Source of the DNA: Candidatus Heimdallarchaeota archaeon B3_Heim
Lineage (GTDB): Archaea; Asgardarchaeota; Heimdallarchaeia; Hodarchaeales; Hodarchaeaceae
Direction: 5' to 3'
DNA: 32,000 nt
NCBI GenBank assembly: GCA_003144275.1
Contig: NJBF01000011.1
Coordinates: forward strand, 1 to 32,000
The notes under the pieces were generated by a model. That model was not told the DNA's origin and did not search any database. It was given only the letters and a program-made list of their open reading frames with translations. Below, piece after piece: positions 19,687 to 28,017 of the stretch. Position 1 is the stretch's first letter; each line of letters opens with the position of its first letter. Made by a program: the position numbers and the translations under genes.

Positions 19687-20778
19687 ATGGTACGAACAGT
19701 TAATATGACAAAGGATGGGGACGTAGATATTATTGAGAGGGAGTATCCCATTTTAGAAAAAGGTGCGGTATTATTAAAAACAAGCTTTTCCGAAGTTTGT
19801 GGTACAGATGTCCACCTTCGCAAGGGTCAATTGGCAGGAGTACCCTATCCAATTATTCCTGGACATGTATCAACTGGAACCATTGAGACGCTGAATGGAG
19901 AAGTATATGATATTGATGGTAATCCACTAGAAATAGGTGACCCCGTTACGTTTCTTGACGTCCATGAAACATGTAATAATTGCTGGTATTGCTTAGTTGC
20001 TAAAACATCTACCCGTTGTCCACAACGAAAAGTCTACGGAATTACTTATTCAGCGGAAGAAGGTCTTTTGGGGGGCTGGTCCCAATATATTTATCTTAAA
20101 CCTGGCGTGAAAATTATTAAGTTTTCAGACCAAAAATATCTCAAAACGTTTATTGCGGCTGGTTGTGGTCTTCCTACCGCCATTCATGCCATTCAGAGAT
20201 CCAGTATCAAATTAGGCGATTCTGTTGCTATTCAAGGGTCTGGCCCAGTTGGATTAATGACTGCTCTTTGTGCAAAATTAAGTGGGGCCTTTCAAGTAAT
20301 CATGGTAGGTGCGCCAGCACACAGACTTGACACCGCAAAGAATTTCAGTATTGATCATGTGATTAACATCGATGAATATAACCTAACTGACCGTGTTTGT
20401 AAGGTATTAGATCTAACATCACAGAAGGGAGCTGACGTGACGATTGAAGCAACAGGTGTTCCTTCAGCTATTAAAGAAGGACTAGAAATGACTAGAGATG
20501 GGGGGACATATACTGTAGTCGGTCAATATACCAATGCAGGAGATGTCCAACTTAATCCCCATCTAGATCTTAACAAAAAACATATTACAATCAAAGGATC
20601 CTAAGGAAGCGATTTGAGTCACTTCTATCTCGCAGTTAAACTGGTTGAAAGATATGCTGATACTTACCCGTTTCTAAGCATCATTTCTGATGAATATTCT
20701 CTAGACCAAATTGCAGATGCCTTGGATGATGTTGAAAACTTACGAGTGATGAAAGCCATCATTGATCCGCACAGGTAG
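19687..20778 (+). pseudogene. Zinc-dependent medium-chain alcohol dehydrogenase interrupted by an in-frame TAA
   Basis: CGTD, GHVSTG, structural Zn CNNCWYC...C, GSGPVG. After IKGS-TAA (20602-20604) the same frame continues GSDLSHFYLAVKLVERY...VMKAIIDPHR* to 20778. Confidence 0.9.
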
Positions 20779-20818
20779 AGATTGGATGAATCCAATCAAA
20801 ATATTTCCGTGCTGCTTT

Positions 20819-21769
20819 TCAGAACACAAAAACTAATGCAAGTAGTATCGGGATCACGAACGCAAAGAGGGGCCCCCATTTGCTCACCCATCCGATTCTT
20901 CGAAGGGTTTTGGAGTCAGCTACCCGATTTTTCGAATAAATAATTTCTGTATATCCTTCATCAAGGTAGTAGCCCAGTAATTTTCTTTTAAACTTCGCAA
21001 TATTTTTGGATTCCTCTTTCTCGCCTTGAATTTCGAATAAGACTGTTCGTGCGCGACGAAATACGAGAAAAAATGCAATCGCACTGGAAATAATAACTAA
21101 TAATGGAGTAATGATCTCTTTAATGGCTGCAAATTTTGTAAGATATGAAGCTGCAAGAAATTCACTCATGGAACTACCTTCAAAGCTTGAACCAGCCATC
21201 ATAGTGGGAATATCTACATCTATTAATCCGAGCGCATTCAATAAGAAATAAGTTGATCCATAGAAATACATCGGGTTGTAAGTTGCCGTCAGATTTGAGA
21301 ATACATGAATTGCATCAACAATAAATTCGAAAGGAGATAGCAAATCAAGAAATGAATTAATTATGGATCTAATTAAGGCAGCAATACCAAAAGGGAGTAG
21401 ATCGATTGAGAAAGGAAGGACTACATTGAAGAGCCAAGGCAGTGAGATTGGAGCTGTAAATACAATTGAAAGACTCACACTCTGAATAATCGTACGGACT
21501 AGTAAATAGCGGAATCGAGTTTTAAATGGTTTTTCTTCAAGCACGATTCTTTTAGAACGACTTTCCTCAGCTACAAAATGTTGATCCTCTAAAGACCAAT
21601 CTAAAGCACGTTGATAAACTCCAAGAGGGTAGTATAGCGAAAAAGTTGATAAATATCGTCTAATTCCTCGTGTGGGAGTGACAGGTTTCTCTTCTTCGGC
21701 TACTTTGTGGTCATCTGGAGAAGAATTATCTTGTTTATTTCTTCTCAGAAATTTCTTCAATCGGGACAC
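20819..21769 (-). CDS. Multi-pass membrane protein of unknown function
   Basis: 316 aa, GTG start, about 4-5 hydrophobic segments, charged N-terminus. Confidence 0.75.
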   Translation of the reverse strand: MSRLKKFLRRNKQDNSSPDDHKVAEEEKPVTPTRGIRRYLSTFSLYYPLGVYQRALDWSLEDQHFVAEESRSKRIVLEEKPFKTRFRYLLVRTIIQSVSLSIVFTAPISLPWLFNVVLPFSIDLLPFGIAALIRSIINSFLDLLSPFEFIVDAIHVFSNLTATYNPMYFYGSTYFLLNALGLIDVDIPTMMAGSSFEGSSMSEFLAASYLTKFAAIKEIITPLLVIISSAIAFFLVFRRARTVLFEIQGEKEESKNIAKFKRKLLGYYLDEGYTEIIYSKNRVADSKTLRRIGWVSKWGPLFAFVIPILLALVFVF

Positions 21770-21855
21770 AGGTAAAAATTAATTAATCATCTTTTTAGGA
21801 TCTCTCTTAGCGGTAAAATATATGCCAAATTATCAGAAATAAGGAACATTATTCA

Positions 21856-22713
21856 ATGGTAACCAAAGAAATTGTTCATCATAAAGACTTACTAGAATGG
21901 TGTTGGGCTGCAGACGATGAGTTGATACCTAAACCATTTTTTACTTCATGTTACTTACTTGATGGTGTATTGATTGATACAGGTGCCCCTAAAGGGCAAT
22001 TAGATTTTACTTCTTTTATCAAAGAGTTACTAACAACAAATTCTGTCAGTAAATGCCTCATCACCCATACTCATGAGGATCATATAGGGGGAACCCATGT
22101 ATTATCTGAGGAATTTGAAATTCCTCTTTATGCAAGTGTAGAAGCCCTACCATTACTTGAAACTGCAAGTAACTATGTGTATGCTGAATACCGCGACTTA
22201 TATTGGGGAAGTGGACTCCATTCAGTCAATGCGCAACCAATACCAACTAAAATTCAAACAAAATCTCAAAATTATGAACTAAAAGTCCTTTCAGTACCTG
22301 GCCATGCACCCGACCAAATAGCATTCATAGAATCTGAACAAGAATGGGCGTTCGTGGCAGACGCAGTATTACCTAAATATCAAGTGCTGTTTGGGCATAC
22401 GTGTAATATTCAGGAAGACATAGCTCTAATCTATGACTCAATCCGAAAGATTTTCGATGCTACAGAGGGGATGGACAATCTTAAGATTTTTGTTTCGGGA
22501 AAGGGAGTGTTTAACGGACGAAATTACATTAAAAAACGCTTAGAAGAGATTACAACATTGCATAACGACGTTCATGGTTATAAGCTAAAGAAATTAGCGC
22601 CAGAGCAGATATTAGAAGAAATGTTTGGAGGAGAGGGGATAATGGGTATTATGACCAATGGAGAATTATCGCACTTGAATTTAATAAATTCGCTTTATCA
22701 GTGGAATGCCTGA
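21856..22713 (+). CDS. Metallo-beta-lactamase fold hydrolase
   Basis: LIDTG, THTHEDHIGG (HxHxDH), PGHAPD, FVADA. Confidence 0.9.
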   Translation: MVTKEIVHHKDLLEWCWAADDELIPKPFFTSCYLLDGVLIDTGAPKGQLDFTSFIKELLTTNSVSKCLITHTHEDHIGGTHVLSEEFEIPLYASVEALPLLETASNYVYAEYRDLYWGSGLHSVNAQPIPTKIQTKSQNYELKVLSVPGHAPDQIAFIESEQEWAFVADAVLPKYQVLFGHTCNIQEDIALIYDSIRKIFDATEGMDNLKIFVSGKGVFNGRNYIKKRLEEITTLHNDVHGYKLKKLAPEQILEEMFGGEGIMGIMTNGELSHLNLINSLYQWNA

Positions 22714-22753
22714 TTTTTTATTAGATCGGCGATTATGATCAGATGGACTTCTC

Positions 22754-23725
22754 ATGAAAATTTCCTGCGATGCTCAATGTGAACGATGTTATCACGAAAA
22801 AGGACGAAGACAAGATCTTGATGTCAACGATTTAGTTCTATTCTGTCCAAGCTGCAAACGTATGTATTTGTGCGAAATTGGCCTTGCTCGAATAGGAACA
22901 GAATATTATTGTCCTTTCGACAATACAATTGTGATCCAAGAGGAGGTCGACAAAAGTATCATCCAAATGAAAGGAATTCCAGGTGAAAATCAAGCTGCTT
23001 CAGAAGAGATGTACCACCGTTTGGTGGGAGGAAAAGAGGAAAAAAAGAAGAAAACCCGCTTTAGCTTAAGAGGGGGATCCTCTACAAAAACATTATCTGC
23101 TTATCATCATTCCAAAGTAAGTGAACTAAACGATATTGAAAATTTAACCCACGAATTAATATTAGAGGTTGCGCAAGATCAGAATATACAAAATGTACAA
23201 AAATTCAAGGATATAAAATCCAAAAAAGATCTTCTCGACCGTCTTGGGCAAGAAAATGCTAAGATTCTTGATTATTTATATTCTGCACTATATAAATTTG
23301 AAGATGTACCAAAATCGCTTGAGATTCGTTTTGCAGTTTTTGCTCCTTCCGCAATTCCAAGTATCAGAAGCATTCAAGTTGCAGATCAATCATTAAAATG
23401 CGATATACGCATTATTGATTCTCAGGGAAACGAAATATGGATTTTCTGTACAGATCACGTTATAGATTTACCTGATATAGACAAATACATAGAAAAGGCA
23501 AAAGAACTTAATTACAAAGATTATCTATCAGTTACTGGCATTTATTTCATATCAAAAAAGTTTACTTACGTAGCTAAAGGCATGCTAGCCAAATTTCAGT
23601 CAGCTTTCACAGGAATCGAACATACCCAAGCTGATGGAACCGTAGATGTGACCCGTTCCATCCCCCTAACTTTGTGGGAACCAATTCCAGGAAAAATAGC
23701 ATTTAGGAACGTCTCTCAAATTTAG
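22754..23725 (+). CDS. Cys-rich zinc-finger protein with a C-terminal degenerate restriction-endonuclease-like fold
   Basis: CDAQCERCYH...CPSCKRMYLC...YYCPFD. C-terminus CDIRIIDSQGNEIWIFC...DIDKYIEKA...GIYFISKKFTYVAK resembles Mrr-type folds lacking the ExK/QxK motif. Confidence 0.55.
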   Translation: MKISCDAQCERCYHEKGRRQDLDVNDLVLFCPSCKRMYLCEIGLARIGTEYYCPFDNTIVIQEEVDKSIIQMKGIPGENQAASEEMYHRLVGGKEEKKKKTRFSLRGGSSTKTLSAYHHSKVSELNDIENLTHELILEVAQDQNIQNVQKFKDIKSKKDLLDRLGQENAKILDYLYSALYKFEDVPKSLEIRFAVFAPSAIPSIRSIQVADQSLKCDIRIIDSQGNEIWIFCTDHVIDLPDIDKYIEKAKELNYKDYLSVTGIYFISKKFTYVAKGMLAKFQSAFTGIEHTQADGTVDVTRSIPLTLWEPIPGKIAFRNVSQI

Positions 23726-23752
23726 AACGGATTTCTACTAATTAAACTAGGG

Positions 23753-25009
23753 TTATCTCTTCTTGGATACCCTTACAATAATGAAGATTACCATTAATGT
23801 TCCATATAGAGAAAGAAAACTCGTATTTGATTGAGTCGAAGTTGTTTCAGTAGTTGAGGAAACTACTACGGTTGAAGACGATGTGGAAGAGAGTGGTAAA
23901 GTCGATGTTTCTTCAGAAGATGAGATAGAGGTTGTGGTGGGTGGGGAAATAATTTCTCCCGAAATAATCTCCATGGCTTTTGTTACATTAATTAGTCCAT
24001 ATCCAAAATCACCATCATAACCAGGATCACCGAGGTCTACCGCAGAATCTCGAATGAGCTCCCGAAGATCATTATTAGTCAGCGATTGGTTAAAACTTTT
24101 GAGGAGAGCAAGAGCCCCAGAAACATGAGGAGTCGCCATGGATGTCCCACTACTTGTACCAAAACCATTATATGGGATCGTGGATTTCACAAGTACTCCA
24201 GGAGCGACAATTTCAGCTCCGTGATTTGAGAAATCAGCCAGATCTTTAGTTTCTGAAATAGCTCCTACAGCAATTACATGGTTATCGTTCGCGGGTCGAA
24301 TGGGATTGACCTCATTCCAGTTTCCTGCGGCTGCCACTATTAACACATTCTCTGCATAAGCTCGTGCCAATGCACTCTCAACAAGTTGATAAGATGTAGC
24401 ATTAGTTATTTCTTCATCATAGATACCAATACTCATCGAAATGATATCGGCACCATTAGCAGTAGCATAATTGATAGCTTCAGCAACGATGATATCAGGA
24501 TTAAGATCACTTTCATTCACAACTCTAAGAGGCATGATTGAGACATCTGGAGCGACACCAATCACACCATAATTATTCATCTGTGCGGCAATTGTCCCTA
24601 CAACATGCGTACCATGATTCTGTAGAGATGGCTCAGCTTCAAGAAGACTGAAGGGATCATTATTCTGGTGGACAAAATCCCAGCCATGTGAATCATCGAT
24701 ATAACCATTGGAATCATCATCAATCCCGTTATTTGGATCTTCACCAGGATTATTCCATAGAATATTTTGTAAGTCGAGGTGAGACGTATTAAGTCCAGTA
24801 TCCAGAACCGCTACAACGACTTCAGGTGAACCCTGAGTTATATGCCATACTTTATCAGCACCAATCAATCGGATACCGTAGGGAAGATCATCTGAGTAAT
24901 CATTTACAGATAAATAGTTATCATGCTTGCTTATGCCCGATATCCACAAGCCACCAAAGGTAATTCCGAGGATTAGCATAAAAATAAGCAGTCTCTGGTT
25001 GCCTTTCAT
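23753..25009 (-). CDS. S8 (subtilisin-like) serine protease, membrane anchored
   Basis: Catalytic VAVLDTG, HGTHVVG, GTSMATPHVSG; oxyanion AAGN; signal peptide; Ser/Thr-rich linker and TM + KKR tail. Confidence 0.95.
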   Translation of the reverse strand: MKGNQRLLIFMLILGITFGGLWISGISKHDNYLSVNDYSDDLPYGIRLIGADKVWHITQGSPEVVVAVLDTGLNTSHLDLQNILWNNPGEDPNNGIDDDSNGYIDDSHGWDFVHQNNDPFSLLEAEPSLQNHGTHVVGTIAAQMNNYGVIGVAPDVSIMPLRVVNESDLNPDIIVAEAINYATANGADIISMSIGIYDEEITNATSYQLVESALARAYAENVLIVAAAGNWNEVNPIRPANDNHVIAVGAISETKDLADFSNHGAEIVAPGVLVKSTIPYNGFGTSSGTSMATPHVSGALALLKSFNQSLTNNDLRELIRDSAVDLGDPGYDGDFGYGLINVTKAMEIISGEIISPPTTTSISSSEETSTLPLSSTSSSTVVVSSTTETTSTQSNTSFLSLYGTLMVIFIIVRVSKKR

Positions 25010-25251
25010 TCTATGGCCTTACCTTTTATTGGAGTTATTATAAGTAACTAATCTACCACTGAGAAGAAAAATGAACGCAGATTATTAATAGCAATAATTC
25101 ACAATGTAAAACATCAGATTCATTCCTCAACACAAACTTTCTTAAATCGTGTAAAAAATAATCAGCAGAAGTTTCAATAAAGTGAATGGTAAAATTAGGA
25201 ATGGAAAATCAATGCCGAGGGATGGAACCATTATTCACGTGGAGAGAGTAA

Positions 25252-25952
25252 ATGAATCCAGACAAAAGAACAGATAAAAGTGATTACTATTCGAAAAATC
25301 TATTTGCAGTGAAATTAAAACGGGCCTACGAAACAGCACCATTGAGAATTCAACAATACTTGAATGCGGAACTAGCATATGTCCTTGATCAAATTAAACC
25401 CTCAGATACAGTGCTAGAACTTGGATGTGGATATGGGAGGGTATTGAAAAGAATTGCGGAAAAAGCAACAACAGTAGTCGGGATCGATATTTCAGAAGCC
25501 TCATTAGAATTTGCAAAAGATTATTTGAGAGGAATTCCAAATATTCAAATACATTTTATGACTGCTCGTAACATTAAATTACCTGAGCAAACATTTGATG
25601 TTGTTCTGGGAATCCAAAATGCTCTCTCAGCCACAAAAATTGACCCCCCCCTCCTCCTCTCCCAGGCCTTGCGTGTCACAAAAACTGGGGAAAAATCATC
25701 CTATCCAGCTATTCAGAAAAAATTTGGGAGGAACGATTAAAATGGTTTATCCGTCAAGCAGAAGAAGGATTACTGGGAGAAATCGATTACGATAAAACGG
25801 GAAATGGTATAATCACCTGTAAAGATGGATTTCGGGCAACCACTTTTACAAAGGAAGATTTTACGCACCTAATTAACACACTAGAATTGGAAGCAAAAAT
25901 ACAAGAAATAGATGACTCATGCATATTCTGTGTTATCACTAAGAACACTTAA
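25252..25952 (+). pseudogene. Class I SAM-dependent methyltransferase with a single-base frameshift
   Basis: VLELGCGYGR, VVGIDIS, FDVV. After ALRVTKTG at the G4/A5 runs (25687-25695) the other frame reads KIILSSYSEKIWEERLKWFIRQAEEGLLGEIDY...CVITKNT* (stop 25950-25952). Confidence 0.88.
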
Positions 25953-26454
25953 ACGTGTTTTTGTCTTTCAGACAGTATTTGTTACATTGTCTTAATAGCT
26001 AATACGAAAGACTGGAAAGTAAACTTCTCTAGCGAATCGGGAGAAGAGTAAATATATTACGATACTCTATGTTACAAATTCGTTCGGAATTTTGATTGGC
26101 TTCCTTTGAAGGGGGCTTAAGCTCAGGTTTCGGCTTAAACTCACAAGAGGAGGAACCAAATTCAAGAGTATCACTTAAGACAACGATAAAAGTTGCTTTT
26201 CGATTAATCAACAAAGAACCTCCTTAAGTAGCAAAAGTAAGTGAAATCTTGGATATTGGTCTAAAGTTCACCTACTGAGAATGAGAATAATATTCTTACT
26301 CAGACTTTAAATTTTTTGATTATGGCAAGTATGGGGTAAAGTCAGGAAGGTAAGGAGTTGGTTAGAATGCTTTGTAGGAGTACTCATTTACAACTTACGG
26401 ACTAGCCTTCCTGACGGTAAGCATAAAAAAATGTTCTCAGATGAAAAAATGGAG

Positions 26455-26526
26455 GGTTCAGGACAGTTGTTAATCCGCTCAAAAATTAACTGGGTTTTAT
26501 CCATAATATGGTAAATGTCCTGAACC
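26455..26526. repeat. 11-bp perfect inverted repeat enclosing two small hairpins
   Basis: GGTTCAGGACA (26455-26465) and TGTCCTGAACC (26516-26526); inner GTTAAT/ATTAAC (26469-26474/26485-26490) and CCAT/ATGG (26501-26511). Confidence 0.55.
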
Positions 26527-26541
26527 ATCATCAGTAATTCC

Positions 26542-26802
26542 TTATAAAAAATATCGTCTGACGAGTATTAGACCATAGATCGTTTGAAACCCGAAAAGGG
26601 CAATAACACCGTAGCTAACAAAGGTGATAGTCCCAACAACAATATTAGAGGGATAGAAGAAATAGGATAAGATGATAGGACTGAGGACAGCCAAGAATAA
26701 AGCAAATATCCTCAATAAACGGCGTAAATCAGGCAAATAACTGATTTCAAACTTCTTTTTGGTTTCTACAACAGTTTTTGTTCCCATAATTGATACATCC
26801 AT
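26542..26802 (-). CDS. Small two-TM membrane protein
   Basis: 86 aa; IFALFLAVLSPIILSYFF and IVVGTITFVSYGVIALFGFQTIYGLILV are hydrophobic segments. Confidence 0.65.
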   Translation of the reverse strand: MDVSIMGTKTVVETKKKFEISYLPDLRRLLRIFALFLAVLSPIILSYFFYPSNIVVGTITFVSYGVIALFGFQTIYGLILVRRYFL

Positions 26803-27039
26803 GAGTTTGAAAGTGGAATAGTATTAATCCACTCGATGGATAGATACTATTTCATGGATTTATAAGTGTATTTGTTTTGGCATGATATTTTTTTTGGAAT
26901 GAATATCATATTATGGCTTAGTACCGTTTAATGGATTCACTTATATAGGAAGACGACCAATGGTTCTTTAGACGATTCGCTCCCTCTTTTGGCGGTGTTT
27001 CATTTTTAAACTAGATTTCATCTAGGACAGGATTGGATT

Positions 27040-27717
27040 TTGAGTACCACCAGCAAACCGACAAATGATTCTAAAAAGGAAGACAATTTTTACTCTTCTG
27101 GTGAATTAATTCGCCCTTCTATTCTTTGGCTTCTCTTACGTAAAACTGAGCTCACTGCTAAAGATATTCAAGAGTTTCTCGGCCTTAAACGGCAGACCAC
27201 CTATAATTATCTCAAAGAATTAGAAGATAAGGGATGGATCAAAGTTGAATATCGTCAACACGAATCTAAGCCCCATATGAATGTCGGCTATTACTCTCGT
27301 GTCAAGAAAAAAGCTAAACCTGGTGCTTCCAAGAAAAAAAAACAGTGGATCTTTCCCGCCGATAACTATCTAGCCAAGCTCACTGCTTCGGATGACGCTT
27401 CTGATCCCGAGTGTGAGTATTGTGATGGCAAGGTTAAAAACGCCATTATTGAGAAGATTAATTTCGGTATTGCCGCCCTCTCCGAAAAGAAAAAATTCAT
27501 CCGAAACATGTCAGATGAGGAACTTACCGTTTTTCTTGAAACCAATAAGCATTTTCCTGGCCCCTCTCTTGACGTCCTGCTTCTCACCAATGATGAATTT
27601 GAGCAATTTGGTCAGCGCATGAAAGAGCTCTATTCCACCACTATCGAACGTTGGCTTATTGAACATTCCAACATGCATGATGAGAATTTTGTTTTGGTAG
27701 GCTTCTTTAAGGAATAA
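27040..27717 (+). CDS. Winged-helix transcriptional regulator (ArsR/TrmB-like)
   Basis: LTAKDIQEFLGLKRQTTYNYLKELEDKGWIKVEY wHTH, basic linker, CEYC motif; divergent from the small membrane gene. Confidence 0.82.
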   Translation: MSTTSKPTNDSKKEDNFYSSGELIRPSILWLLLRKTELTAKDIQEFLGLKRQTTYNYLKELEDKGWIKVEYRQHESKPHMNVGYYSRVKKKAKPGASKKKKQWIFPADNYLAKLTASDDASDPECEYCDGKVKNAIIEKINFGIAALSEKKKFIRNMSDEELTVFLETNKHFPGPSLDVLLLTNDEFEQFGQRMKELYSTTIERWLIEHSNMHDENFVLVGFFKE

Positions 27718-28017
27718 CCACCCATATCAAAGAGCTTTTTCTTGTTCATTTTACAACTTTGCATTATCTACCGAATCTTCCTGGAATATATTTTTCTGCT
27801 GACTGGACTAGATTCATTGTCTTCTATATATTTCTGTGAGCTTACTTGAGAAAATATTTTTCGACAAGCTCTTTTTTTCAATCGGAATAGTTAATTTTAC
27901 ACCAGATCGATGTAACCATTACTTCAACGGTCTACCCATGTTCAACCAATCATTATTATCGGTTTTCTGGGAACCGTGGTACCGATCACTCCATTTCCTT
28001 CATGTATTACCTATCAT

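Noticed and set aside
20602-20604. Genetic-code reassignment, selenocysteine or pyrrolysine at the ADH stop
   Set aside because: The codon is TAA, not TGA or TAG, and TAA terminates many other genes in the window normally.
25595-25795. 66-aa plus-strand ORF
   Set aside because: Out-of-frame by-product overlapping the frameshifted methyltransferase.
26029-26214. 61-aa minus-strand ORF
   Set aside because: TTG start with a possible AGGAGG, but no recognisable motif; cannot be supported as a gene.
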